The position numbers and the translations under genes are program-made. A DNA stretch of 64,000 nucleotides from Chrysemys picta bellii (taxonomy: Eukaryota). Positions 26,886 to 39,690 of the stretch are shown piece after piece. The notes under the pieces were generated by a model, which made no database searches, was not told the origin of the DNA, and was given only the letters and a program-made list of their open reading frames with translations. The stretch is taken from NCBI RefSeq assembly GCF_011386835.1, contig NC_088795.1:72974001-73038000 (forward strand), in the 5' to 3' direction. Position 1 is the stretch's first letter. Every line of letters starts with the position of its first letter.

Positions 26886-29800
26886 AAAGGTTGTCAGTGG
26901 CTTTTGTTAAAGCGAATCTAGGAAATGAGGCATTCTTTAAAATTCTTTACAGCCTGATTTTTTTATTAGCATTTCACTCTCATAACAGAATATACCAAAG
27001 GTAGTTTAATGTAGCTTCTGGCTTTTAAGGATAACATCAGTGCAGTGAAAAATGATACCATGAAGAGAGGCTTCCTTAAAACTTCCATGTCTTGGTTCAT
27101 TCCCCAACACTTAATGGAGGACAATAACAAAACCTTTCAATTGCATCCTGCTTTTGAAGTGCATGTGAATTTTATTAATCTTAAGCTTCCTGGGAGATCT
27201 CTTGTAACACACTGACTGAGACAACAAATATGGCACCCTGCATAAAACCAGGTTGTATTTTATGAATATTTAACTTGAGTTGAACTTTTCAGAAAGAAAT
27301 AATGACCTTGAAACTCCTTGTACGAGTACAGCATTGTTACACAAAGGCCATTGCTTTTGTCATTAATCAAAATAGACTGTGCCTACAGCTATTGTTGGCT
27401 TTTCAAAGTGAATTATTAAAAGTTACAGGAACATGAGAAGTATTTATTGAAGATCATTTTATCATACTGAAAGGGCAGGAGTCATTTTGTACAGACTACA
27501 GATGGAGGGTTTTTTTATCTACATTTACAGTAGGTCTGTAAATTTTGTGCTTTCAGCATGTCATCTCAAAATCATATACTGTTCAAGCAATAAGGATTTA
27601 ATAAACCAGCTGCTAAATATTAGTGTCTTTGTTCACAAAGACATCTTTGGAGTCAATTATCCTGATTCATGCAAAGTAACATCAGCTGACACTTCACTGC
27701 ATATCTAAGCAGCTTTTTATTCTTGTATTTCTGCATATTTGCAGAAACATGCAGGAAGGCATTACAAATCTTCAAAGGGGTATCAGTTAAATAAAGAAAC
27801 AAATATTTAGCAGCCTGTTTATCTTAATTAAATCCTCATTGCTAAAATAGTATATTGATTTGTAGCTAATACACATGCTGAGAGTATGGAGTTTGAGACC
27901 CAAAACAGTTGTTTTTACATCAAAATGAAAATAAGATAACACTACTTAAAAAAAACAACAACAACAAAAACACCTTTGGTAGATTTCAGAACAAGAGTGA
28001 AAAACAAATAGTCCTATAGGAGTGCTGAATTTTCAGTATGGTGAATGGCTTGACTAACTGTTATTGCTACTAATTGGAGTTATACACATTCATTCTCTCA
28101 CACCACAGTAACTCTAGTGAACTTGATCCAAAACATAAGAACAATATAGTTTACATAACACATAGGTATAGATGGAAAAGGACTCTTGTGACTTCCAACT
28201 TCAAGGAGTAATTCCTTAATGAGAGTGGTGTCTCCTACCACGTTCATGATAAAGATTAGCTTCCAATCAAGGTATCATTAAAAAACAACAGCACATCTAA
28301 AATATGTCTGAAGATATTTTTAGGATCATATTCTCCTTTGATAGTAGGGTTTTTTGAATAGGGCCCAATGCAACTGCATAGTTGGTCATTTATTATGATC
28401 AGGGCAGCCAGGAGATAAGTTACTTGGTGGGCTCCAATTTAGTTCTGCTCCATAAAGGAATAGTGTGCACCCTTCATTATTGTGTGATGGAGATTGCAGT
28501 ATACAACAAACCACACCATGTCGTTGCAGTGATATGCTAACAGGCAAGGTAGCAGCAATCCCTTTAGCAATCACTAGGGGCCTGATCCAAAGCACTTTAA
28601 GTCAATGGGAGTTCTCTCATTGACTTTAAATGGCTTTGGAACTGTACTCTGCTGCTGCTGAACTAGAGGCAAACGGGCTTTCAATGCCATTTTCCTTCTC
28701 CATCTCACTTTCACAGCACAAGGCAGGAATGGACTTGTTATCTAAGGAGAATTCATGGTGTCTCTGTATATAAGGATACTATATGTACTATCATTGCTTT
28801 GGTAGATACAACTTGGTGTTACCCTGCTTGTCAATGAGCTGTTGAGCTCCAGCCTTTGAAGGTATGTGTCAAAATTAATTCTCAAGTAGAAGAAATACTG
28901 GTTTACACACAGTTCAAAGAAGGAACCAGCACTGTTAAATGAGGCACAGCTACAAGAAAAGTAAGGCTTTTATAGGGATGTAATTGTAAGGAAAAACAAA
29001 CAGTCCACTATGAAGGGAACAATATTGTCCTGAAATACTATACAGTACTTCATTAATTCTTAGGGTTCATATTTTGTGTATTTCAAATTAGATTCTACAG
29101 TACGTGGAAAAACTAGCAACTTTTGACAGTAAGGTAAAAAGTGTGAGTGGTCTCTTCTCCAGAGCGAGTATTTTGTGATGAATAACTTATAAAACGTATT
29201 GCATCTCTTTCTGTTGGCAAAATATCTGAGAGAACATACTACATTTCTGAAATATATTCATTATTGTGTTCTCTTGCTCTGTATATGACAATATGAAGAA
29301 GCTGCATGAATGCAGTTGGGTTCCAAATAACTGTTTACACTAATTCTATGAAAACATGCAAGACCTATCTACATACTGCTTCTTTAACTCGTTTCTGGAT
29401 ACTTTCCAACACAGAGAACACAGTGAGTGGTTCCAGAGGGCTCTCAGAATATTTAAAAAGATACTATGCGATACACTACATATTATGTAGATTTTTTCTG
29501 TGCATTGAATTTACTATATTTCTTGCTATTTAAAATTAAAACTATGGTATTAACGATATATTGTTTAGGTGAAATCAGTCCCATAAGTCAGATAATATTG
29601 TTTCTGTTCGATGTCTGCATGAATGCAATTCTTATGATCAGATTTCTGGTGCTAATGCTCCCTGAAGTGCATTTAAAATGTACTTTTAGCAAGGGTTTGA
29701 TTGTGGCAACTTAAAAATTGTGTCTTTGAGCATTCATGCTAGTAACATCAGTTCCATAGCTATTCATAGAATGTTAAAATTAAAAAAAAGTATGTGGGCA

Positions 29801-30345
29801 TGACCAAAATGAATTCATTTAAAAAGTTCAAATGCATTTTTGTAGATTTTTTTATGTGGTATTCACCCAGCTCCATTTTAATTCACTCAAGTTCACATCT
29901 CACCATGGATGTCACCTACCTATACACCCACACATTGAAGGCATAGCTGCCTGCCTCAAATATTTACAAGACAATAGACAATCCTCAGATATCCACTCCA
30001 AACACATCGCCAAACTCATCCATTTCATCCTCACCCATAACAATTTTACATTTAACAACAAACACTTTGTCCACACCAAGATATATGGATATTCTCATCC
30101 TCTGGACAAACAACTTAAACTTCCTCATAGATTTCCACCACAATTTCAGCAACCGCCACCCATCCATTAAACTGTCTCTGGAACACTCCCACACTAGCAT
30201 CAGCTTCCTGGACACCATGATCACCTTCAACAGTGGAACCCTACAAACAACTTTATACAAGAAACCCATGGATCACCACACCTACCTTGAGAGATCCAGT
30301 AACTACCCCAAACACAGTAAGACATCTATTCTCTACTGCTAGGCG

Positions 30346-30481
30346 CAGAGGTGCTTGAACAATTTTTATAGTGGGGGCGCTAAGAGCCATTGAACCAAAC
30401 TGTAAACCCTGTATATAATGGAAACCACTTCAAGTCAAGGGTGCTGCAGCACCCCCCGCATCTCGAGTTCCAGCACGTATG
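30346..30481. mobile_element. Short TIR element (hAT-like MITE) nested in the Penelope-like element
   Basis: Termini CAGAGGTGCTTGAAC / GTTCCAGCACGTATG (12/15 inverted match). Interrupts the PLE reading frame. TSD not convincingly resolved. Confidence 0.6.
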
Positions 30482-31475
30482 GTTAGATAGGCACTCAGCA
30501 CAGAAAATGCTCCGAGGAGAAAGTCTGGGATAAACACCTTAATACACTTAAAACCATCATCGCCAAACAAGAACACTCCACAAGAGAAGTAGATCAAATC
30601 ATGGAATGGGCCACCCAAATGCCCTGAGAGAACCTGCTTCAGTACTGAAATAAACACCTTCTGACCGCACACCCTAGTTTTCATCTACCACTCCACACTG
30701 GAACCCATACTGGGTATCATCAAACAACTATAGCCCATACTCAATGGCTAACCAATCCTGAAAAAAAATCTTTCCTGAACCCCCTCTTCTGGCTTTCATA
30801 CAACCCCCCAGTCTCTCCCAGCTCATCATCAGAAGCAAGTGGCCCACAGACCAACACACACCAGTGCAAAGTGGCACCAGATCCTAGCAGAAAAGCAGAT
30901 GCAAAACATGCAACCATAACTCCACTGCTACAGTGATCAACACCTGCCTCCCCACAACACACCTTTCAAGATCCATGAGTCCTACACATACCTATCACAT
31001 GTGGTGTACCTCATCCAGTGCACTAAATGCCCCAATAACAACTATGTGGTTGAAACCAGACAATCACTACTCTCTCTAATGAAGGCACACAGAAAAATGA
31101 TAAAAAGACAAGAAAACACCCTATCATGTGTGAGTGAACACTTTTTTCAAAAGTGATCACTCTGTCTGACCTATCACTCCTAATTCTCAAGGGAAACCTG
31201 CACAACACTTTCAAAACGTGAGCCTGGGAGCTTAAATTCATAACTTTGTTAGACACTAAAAATCACGGACTGAATAGAGACACTGGGTGTATGGTTTATT
31301 ACAACAATCTGTAACACATTAGCCCCCTTCCTGCAACAACTTCCACACCTCCTTTTCTTCCCTATGACTGGTGGGGTGTTAATGGGTCACTTAACCTTGA
31401 GTGGTCCCTTAAATACTTGTGCTAAACAATCTGTTCCACTTTATATTTAGCAGTAACAGTCTGTGTTAGTTTCCC

Positions 31476-31515
31476 AGACCTGCAGCAGAGCTCTGTGTGG
31501 CTTGAAAGCTTGTTT
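31476..31515 (+). ncRNA. Degenerate minimal hammerhead-like motif in the PLE 3' end
   Basis: AGAC-CTGcAGc-AGAGC...GCTT-GAAA-GCTT-GTTT has the same architecture as 48724-48764, but the core is mutated. Probably inactive. Confidence 0.45.
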
Positions 31516-32329
31516 CTCTTACCAACAGAAGTTGGTCCAATAGAAGATATAACCTCACCCACCTTGTGTCTCTCTAATCCTCCCCATCTGGTATTTGGCT
31601 AACTTGTGAAGTTTCCAGTTTCCTGTCTCAATGTGAAGATGAAACTCATTTCTTTTAAACACAGCTTGTACTGTATTTTAAGGAAATGAGATTGTGTTCA
31701 AGAAAATTGAAATCTTAATCCCCATTCTTTTCAAAATAACTTATGCACAGTTCCATAGGTAGATAGATATTTAGATTTGATATAATTGGTAGAATTATTT
31801 TAACTGGAAACCAAATTAAGGCTTGGAAGATACAATCTTAAACCCACTTAAGGATAAACTCACACAAACTTAACCTTTACAGGGTAACCATGACTTAAAT
31901 GTTACCACAACCATGCTCACCTTTTAATTCTCAGACACAGAAGTCAAGGACATCACTTACTCAAATCTAGAACAAAGTACTGAAGTGAGACAATGCAGTC
32001 CCTGCGAAAAAGTTAATAATCACTCAAAATATGTGTTTTAGTTTAAAATAAATAAAAGCTCGGCTGTTATATAATATTTTAAGCTTTAATATTGTATACT
32101 GTCTCTGAATCCTGACTTGTAATGAGGACACAAGTAAATGGAGTGGGAGGAAAACGAGAATTTTGGATTTAAAGCCAGAAAGTTGGGTTCTAAATCAACT
32201 GTAAACATTCAAGAAAAAGACTTGAATGTCCTTGTGGAAAGCTCAAGGTAAAACTTTTAACAAGGCATCCCACCACATAAAAAATAGGCAAAATGTTATG
32301 ATGTGTCAAAAATGGGACAGAATAGTGAA

Positions 32330-32530
32330 TATTTTATGCCATTACATAAATAAATGGTGCACCTACATTAAATTTTGTTCACCATATTTTAAAAAAAGCA
32401 ACTAAAAATAATTAGAGACAGAGAGAGAGACTGTTTGAGAAGAGACCAAATAGAATAGAGATCTTTAGTTTAGAGAAGAGATGAATAAAGGGGAACATGA
32501 TAGAGATATGCAAAACAATGAATGGTACAA
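32330..32530 (+). mobile_element. Ancient CR1 ORF2 3' remnant
   Basis: TTTAGTTTAGAGAAGAGATGAATAAAGGGGAACATGATAGAG corresponds to the CR1 [14 protein letters not shown] motif. Confidence 0.4.
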
Positions 32531-32997
32531 ATCTGGTGCTTCTGTCTTGAGGTAGCCTTGATATTTTGACTTTGATAAGCAGTTAAAGATCAAGCCTCTA
32601 CTATAATAGGAAAAAATAGGGTGAAAAAAGCCTCAATTTTGACAAAATATTGCTGGTTGGATCTATTAGTGAATTTTACTCTTGTTTTGATGTGAGAGAG
32701 TTATCTGATCTTGTTTTGTGAGTACATATGAACGACTAAGAAATTGTGAAGGCTTGCATGTCACAAGTACTGGCTGGTCAATGACTTAGCATGGATTTTA
32801 ATGGTTTACTTCAGGCCTGACTTCGATGCCTGGGAAGCTATTAGAGCAATATATGAAACGTTCAGTTTGCCAGCACCTGGAGGATGAAGGGATAATTACT
32901 AGCAGCCAGCATGGATTTACTAAGACCATATCATGCCAAACCAGCTTGATTTCCTTCTTTGGCAGGATAGGGGGAATGTGGTGAACATAATATACCT

Positions 32998-34167
32998 AGT
33001 ACATTATATGAGTTTAGCAAATCTTTTGATACGGTCTCTCACAGTATTCTTGCCAACGAGTTAAAAAAAGTATGGATTGGCTGAATGGACTATAAGGTGG
33101 ATGGAAAGCTGTCTAGATTGTCGGGTTCAGCTGGTAGTGATCAACAGCTCAATGTCCAGTTGGCAGCTGGTATCAAGCAGAGTACCTCAGGGGTCGGTCC
33201 TGGGGGCAGTTTTTATTTATTTATGATCTGGATGATCTTTATTAATGATCTGGGTGATGGGATGGATTACACCCTCAGCAAGTTCATAGATGACACTAAG
33301 CTGGCGGGAGAGGTAGATATGCTGGAAGGTAGAGATAGGGTCCAGAGTGACCTAGACAAATTGGAGGATTGGGCCAAAAGAAATCTGATGATGTTCAACA
33401 AGGACAAGTGCAGAATTCTGCACTTAGGAAGGAAGAATCCCATGCACCGCTACAGGCTTGGGACCGACTGGCTAAGCAGCAGTTCTGCAGAAAAGGACCT
33501 GGGGATTACAGTGGACAAGAAGTTGGATATGAGTCAGCAGTGTGCCCTCGTTGCCAAGAAGGCCAACGGCATATTGGGCTGTATTAGTAGGAGCATTGCC
33601 AGCAGATTGAGGGAAGTCATTATTCCCCTCTATTCAGCACTGGTGAGGCCACACCTGGAGTATTGCATCCAGTTTTGGTCCCCACACTACAGAAGGGATG
33701 TGGACAAATTGGAGAGAGTCCAGCGGAGGGCAACGGAAATTATTAGGGGTCTGGGGCACATGATTTACGAGGAGAGGCTGAGGGAACTGGGGTTATTTAG
33801 TCTGGAGAAGAGAAGAGTGAGGGGGGATTTGATCGCAATCTTTAACTACCTGAAGTGGGATTCCAAAGAGGATGGAGCTGGGCTGTTCTCAGTAGTGGCA
33901 GATGACAGAACAAGAAGCAATGGTCTCAAGTTGCAGTGGGGGAGGTCTAGGTTGGATACCAGGAAACACTATTTCACTCGGAGGGTGGTGAAGCACTGGA
34001 ATGGGTTACCTAGGGAGGTGGTGGAATCTCCATCCTTAGAAGTTTTTAAGGCCCGGCTTGACAAAGCCCTGGCTGGGATGATTTCGTTGGTGTTGGTCCT
34101 GCTTTGAGCAGGGGACTGGACTAGATGATCTCCTGAGGTCTCTTCCAACCCTAATATTCTATGATTT
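32998..34167 (+). mobile_element. Young 5'-truncated CR1 (PsCR1-like) inserted in the older CR1
   Basis: 7-bp TSD TATACCT at 32991-32997 and 34168-34174. ATTCTATGATT tail. Long open RT C-terminal frame. Confidence 0.92.
33085..34107 (+). pseudogene. CR1 ORF2 reverse transcriptase C-terminal fragment (340-aa track ORF; first about 50 aa out of frame)
   Basis: [16 protein letters not shown] (YADD-equivalent), [31 protein letters not shown] and [10 protein letters not shown]. Confidence 0.9.
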
Positions 34168-35114
34168 TATACCTGGATTCAGCAAGGTTTTTGACACAGC
34201 CCCACATGACATTCTGATATGTAAGCTGAAGAAATGTGGGCGTGGTGGAACTACCATTAAGTGGACATACAACTGGTTAAACAAGCACAAACAAAGAGTA
34301 ACTATGAATGGAATGATGTCAGGTTGGAAGGAGGTCTCAAGTGATGTTCCACAGGGATCTGCTCTGTGTTCGGTGTTATTTATCATCTTTATTAGTTACC
34401 TGGATGTAGGAATAGGGAGTATACTCATCAAATTTGCAGATGACACGAAGCTGGGGGGAGAGGCGTTGCAACACTTTGGAGGATAGAGCTAAAATTCAAA
34501 GGGATTTTGATAAAATGGAGAACTGTACTATAGACAAGAAAATGAAATTCAACAAAGACAAATGTAAGGTGCTACACTTAGGGAAGAAAAATCAAATTCA
34601 CAGATACAGAAAGGGGGATACCTGGCTTGGCAACATAACGGCTCAAAAGAATCTGAGAATTGTGGTGGATCACAACCTCAACATGAGTCAGCAATGCTAT
34701 GCAGTTGCAAAAAAAAAAGGCAAATGCAATTTTAGGTTGCATTAACAGAGGCATAGCATGCAAGTCAAGGGAGGTGATAGTATTACTCTACTCACTATTG
34801 GTTAGGCCTCAGCTGGAGTACTGTGTCCAGTTTTGGTCACCAACGTATTGAAAAGTTGTAGAGAAACTGGAAAAGATCCGGAGGCGAGTGACAAATTGAT
34901 CAAAGGGATGGAATGCAAGCCATATGAGTAAAGGCTGAGGAATTGGGTATTTTAGTTTAGAAAAGAGGTGATTAAGAAGGGGAGGACATGATAGTCGTGT
35001 TTAAATATTGAAAGACTGCCATAAAAAAGATGGAGAAAAATTGTTCTCTCTTGCCACAGAGAGCGGGACAAGAGGTAATAGGTTCAAACTACCATATAGC
35101 ATATTTAGATAAAT

Positions 35115-36241
35115 TACTCCTGGGGGGGTTCTGTGTGCCCACAGAAACCCTCTCTCCCCCCACCCCCGCAGAATTCCTGTGCTTCCCTACAGAAAACGGA
35201 AGGGAAGCCATGCTAGGACTATCTTGGAAATTACCCCCCAAAAAAGAGGTGAGGCATGGGGGGGCACATGGAGTTACGTGCCAGTGCCCTCCCTCATGTC
35301 CAGAAGTGCAGAGCTGCCCAGCTGAAGGAAGCTGCCTCTTTACTCCCCTGACTCTGCAGCTGAACGCCACCTCCTTTGTTCTAGTGCCAGTCATGCTCAC
35401 CTTCGGTGTGCTGAGAGCCTTCCTGTTTTCTGTGCAACAGTGAGTGCCTGCGGTGGGGCTGGGTAAGGGGGGGGGTGGAGGAAATGAGGGGTGGAGGCAA
35501 GGGAGTGGGGGAGGGGAATGGAGAAGAAAAGGGGTTACGGGAATCGTGGGGGGAGGAGCGGAGAAGGGGGGCCTGGAATGTCATCTCAGCAGAAACTGGG
35601 GCTCCACCATTAAGCAGGACCATCAAACCCTCATCCTGACAAGCCCACCCCCCTACACCTAGACCCCTCTGAGCTCCCCACTCCACTGGTTCCCAACCAG
35701 GTGAACCTGGACCCCCACACCATCAAGCCCCACTCCCCCAGCACCCAGACCCCTCTCCTCACTGAGCCCTCCACACCCAGACCACTTTCATGTGGACCCC
35801 CTGCAGAGTCCCATTGCCCCTGCACTGAGAACCCCCCAAGAAGCCCCTGTACATCCAGCTCTCCCACTGAGCCGCCTGCACCCAGACTGCCCCCCACAGA
35901 AACCTCTCACCCCACACCTGGATCTCCACACACTAAGTCCCTCCCTGCTGGGCTGAGCCTGCCCACCCACATCTGATGCACCTGGAGCAGAGGGGCAGGC
36001 TCAGCCCTTGCATTGTGTCAGGGTCAGGTGCAGCCTCACTGACGAGTCCCGGTAGCCGGGAGCTGGGGGCGTCAGGGTGATCTCCCTTGGCCTGTGCTCC
36101 CCACTGCCATGCTGGAGTCACATTTATTTATTGACAAATAAAATTTGCAGAATTTTGCAGAATTTTAAAATACTGTGCGCATAATTTTTATTTTTTTTGC
36201 ACAGAATTATTAATTTTTGGCACCGAATTCCCTTAGGAGTA
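35115..36241. mobile_element. Non-autonomous TIR DNA transposon, superfamily unresolved, nested in CR1
   Basis: Termini TACTCCTGGGGG / CCCTTAGGAGTA. The CR1 sequence resumes after it. Flanks GATAAAT / TTAAGT suggest a duplicated (T)TAAAT of about 6 bp. Confidence 0.75.
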
Positions 36242-36646
36242 TTAAGTCTTAGGAAAAACTTCCTAACTCTAAGAACAGTAGGATAATGGAACAGACTGCC
36301 CAGGGAGGTCATGAAAGCTCCTTTCCTGGATGTTTTCAAAAGGAGGTTGGATAGCTATCTGTCTTGGATAGTTTAGACACAACAAGTCTTGCATCTTGGC
36401 AAGGGATTAGACTAAATGATGTTGTGGTCTCTATGGTTATATGATGCTATGATTCTATTTAAATGATGTGGTTGTGGGGGAGGTATGAGTTCATAGTGTT
36501 TTGCATTACATTGTGAGGAAATTGGTAGCTTCCATACCATTAAGTTATGGGAAATGGTGGACGTTGTCCAGCTATACTGAAAGAAGAGGAGGCAGTAGGC
36601 ATTTGATATGGATTTAATCAGGCCGCAACTTTATTATGTAGATGTC

Positions 36647-37138
36647 TGTGACTACCCAGCAGATAAAGAGTACAGTGCAGGCAAATCCATGTTTATTCAT
36701 ATCACTACCCGGGGCTTCCACCAGCCCCCATTCATTTTCCATCCAGGTCCCCCAGCCAACCCATGGCTTGGACCTTACTATCCATCCCCTTTGTAGAGGG
36801 GTTAAAATGAGCTATAGGAACAGAAGCGGGGGGGGGGTTAGTTGGCTCCCTGCCGTACCAATCGTAGGATTCCCCAATCCCCCTACCCCATTCTGTTCTT
36901 TTATCCAGCACCGCCTTTTAAGTCCTTCTGCGTGAAGAAAAGGCTTCCAACACCCAGGGCTTGCACCTTTATAGCCTTCACATTCCCTGGGGAGTGAGTC
37001 AGTGCTGCAAAGATGACCACAGCTCACCTTTTGCAGCAGTTTCTGACCTCCTTCCCCCACCCCCGCCATAAAGCATGGCTGTATTCTTTCAGCAAGCCTG
37101 GACAATGTTCCCCCCGCTTCAGGTGTGGTGCAGTCACT
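36647..37138 (-). mobile_element. Possible solo LTR (about 490 bp)
   Basis: TGTGACT ... AGTCACT termini (6/7 inverted match). AATAAA on the minus strand near 36692. Flanks ATGTC / ATGAG match only partly. Confidence 0.4.
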
Positions 37139-38011
37139 ATGAGTAATGGAAAATTGTAAACCCAGTGGAAAAGAAAGAGAACAATTATTTATTACTTTGC
37201 TTAATTACAGCTTAATTTCTTTATCCATACATTTGAGAAGTGCTGGTAATGTGTTTGAATGTGTGAATGATTTTTTTGTAAGAAGCTTCAAATAAAAGGT
37301 GAGACATTGAAAAATTTCTTAAAAGTTACATTTCACTTAAAATGTAACTCAAACTAGATAAATTTAATCTTTACCCTCACCCCTCGCCCAGATTGTGCTG
37401 TGAAATTGGGGATAACACACTGCATCCTTCATACAAAACAGAAAGCTTGGATCCATTCATTAAGTGAAAAACTGAGACCAACCAGAATGACTATGTAGAG
37501 GCACTACTGCATCTCCTTAATAAGTGGCCAAATCCTCAGCTGGTGGTGGCTGTGGCAGTTTACACCAGTTGAGGAACTGGTCCATGACGTTTAGTAACAA
37601 GAGAAGGGTGAGAAGAAGCATAGATAAAATTGATTCTGAACTTGTCTAGATGAAGAAAAACAACACCTCTTATTTCTGTTTTCTGATAAGGTTTTTAATC
37701 ATAAAAGTTGAGGAGGTAAAACTGGCTTTAGAAGTAACTGCCACATGGTGGCTATTAGTAAGTATGAAAACACCTGGTTTAGAAAGCTGCTCTCAGCAGG
37801 AAGTTTCATTATATTTTATGTAAAATATGCATTTGTTTTAGATAAGTACATATATCAGTATTAACAGACATTTAAAACCCTGACTATAGCTCTAGTTTCA
37901 TAGAGATCCTGCAGCCAGGAGAGAAGGAATATAGGCCAACAGTAATACTTTCAAAGCAAAGTCATACAGCTGATTGAAAATACAGTATAGCACTCCCAGA
38001 AGATGAAGGTG

Positions 38012-38143
38012 NNNNNNNNNNNNNNNNNNNNNNNNNNNNNNNNNNNNNNNNNNNNNNNNNNNNNNNNNNNNNNNNNNNNNNNNNNNNNNNNNNNNNNNNN
38101 NNNNNNNNNNNNNNNNNNNNNNNNNNNNNNNNNNNNNNNNNNN
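38012..38143. other. Assembly gap (132 N)
   Basis: Run of N. Confidence 1.
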
Positions 38144-38379
38144 TGGGTTTCTGCGATGTTTTTGACAGTTGTCAACTAGAGAAATGGCTTTATGAGGAAG
38201 GAATCTGACTTGATTTCTGCCACTCACTCACCCACATATCCAAACATGCTTACGCTAGCAATCTCTTTGAAACATGTACTATCTCCACATTTCTTTTATT
38301 AAAATATTTTAATATGAAATATTTGTCCATTACACCTGGCTGCTCTCACCTTTTTAGCTCTACATGTCCTAGTACTCAT

Positions 38380-39110
38380 CCCAAATTTCCTGTGCAAGCA
38401 GAGGAGCCCAGGAGGTGCTATCATTGTAAGTCCACTGAGCACCCGAGGAATGAGTGTCCCTTGCTGAGTGGAAACAGGCAACATGTAACACATGAAGCTT
38501 CTCAGAGCCAGGCTGTGGCCTCTTTCCACACGGGATTTGTAAAGCTTGCTTCTACACAACCAAGCAGTGAGCATATGCATGCTGTTAAAATTAATGATGA
38601 AGTGCTTCTTGGATTGAGGGACACAGGTGCTGAGATTTTTGTGGCCAGGAGGGACCTGATCCAGGAGAAGGATTTGTTGCCAGATAAAATTGCAGAATTA
38701 GAGCTGGTAGGGGGTTACAAAGTCTTTGCACCTTTAACTAAAGTACACATGCAAACTCAGGATTTGTAGGCTGAACTGACTGTTGTAATGGTGGCACACA
38801 ATTTTGCACCTTTTCTACTGGTGAATGATTTCTTTAGTGTGGCAGAATCTGTCCCAGGGCTGGTTAGCAGTGAGAAGGAATCTTGTGCTAAAAGCCCCAG
38901 GGGGGGGTGAAGTCACATGGACTACTGGGGGAATAGAACGGTGTCTCTTAGATTCCTCTGCAGCAGTAAAGAGTGCAGCTTTGGGGGCAGGGATGGTTGC
39001 GGCCAGTTCTGTAGCCCCGGAGCTCAAGGAAAATTCCAGAGGGAGGGGCTGGACGAAGCCAGCTCCTTATAATAGAAGATGGACTTTCATATCACACACA
39101 GAAAATCAGC
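38380..39110 (+). pseudogene. Gypsy-type LTR retrotransposon gag zinc knuckle plus aspartic protease fragment
   Basis: ORF 38314-38769 contains CYHCKSTEHPRNEC (CX2CX4HX4C), then LLGLRDTGAEIFV (DTG protease motif). No RT, integrase or LTR seen. Confidence 0.8.
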
Positions 39111-39438
39111 CTGGGAGCTAATATTCTTCATGTTCTAAGGAATAAAAAGATACTATAATGTGAATATCATAATAAACACCAGTATTTACCTGAAATTTGT
39201 GCACTGCTTCTTTCTAAATTGTGAATCCACAACAATCCTTCAACTATCATCTGAAAATAGATCCATTTCAACAAGTAGTATGTATGTGTCCTTTTCAGCT
39301 GTGAAAAACTCTGGAGCCTAACTGTTCATCTAGGCAGCCCAACATAGCAAGTGTGTAATTTTCATACTGTGATTGCCAGAGAAGGGGTACTTTCAACTCA
39401 GAGTGTCATTCATTCAGTCACCCTCATATTTGTGGAGC

Positions 39439-39690
39439 CAGGGCCGGCTCCAGGCACCAGCTTCTCAAGCAGGTGCTTGGGACGGCCGCTCCGGAGAGGG
39501 GCGGCCGGTCCAGGTATTTGGCGGCAATTCGGCGGAGGGTCCCTCACTCCGCCTGGGAGTGAAGGACCTCCCGCCGAATTGCCGCCGCAGATCGCGATCA
39601 CAGCTTTTTTTAGATATTTTTGTTTGTTTGGTTGGTTTTTTTGTTTTGTTTTGGCTGCTTGGGACGGCCAAAACCCTGGAGCCGGCCCTG
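39439..39690. mobile_element. hAT MITE (Tip100-like termini), young
   Basis: Perfect 16-bp TIR CAGGGCCGGCTCCAGG. Perfect 8-bp TSD TGTGGAGC at 39431-39438 and 39691-39698. Confidence 0.95.

Larger units (their letters stand above)
29900..31575 (+). mobile_element. Penelope-like element (RT plus GIY-YIG endonuclease), 5'-truncated and decayed
   Basis: RT motifs TMDVTYLYT, HFILTHNNFTFNNKHF, RYMDILILW and FLDTMI...LYKKPMDHHTYL. GIY-YIG-like VVYLIQCTKCPNNNYVVETRQSL near 31000-31075. pLTR-like 3' end. Confidence 0.88.
32825..36460 (+). mobile_element. Older CR1 3' half, split into three pieces (32825-32997, 34168-35114, 36242-36460) by two nested insertions
   Basis: The rejoined pieces read continuously as CR1 RT (SQHGFTK; IYLD-SKVFDT; SDVPQGSAL; FADDTKLG; LEYCVQFW; NFLTLRTVG*WNRLP). 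Ends in a CTATGATTCTA tail. Confidence 0.85.

Noticed and set aside
37898-38227. ORFs spanning the N run
   Set aside because: Artefacts of the assembly gap.
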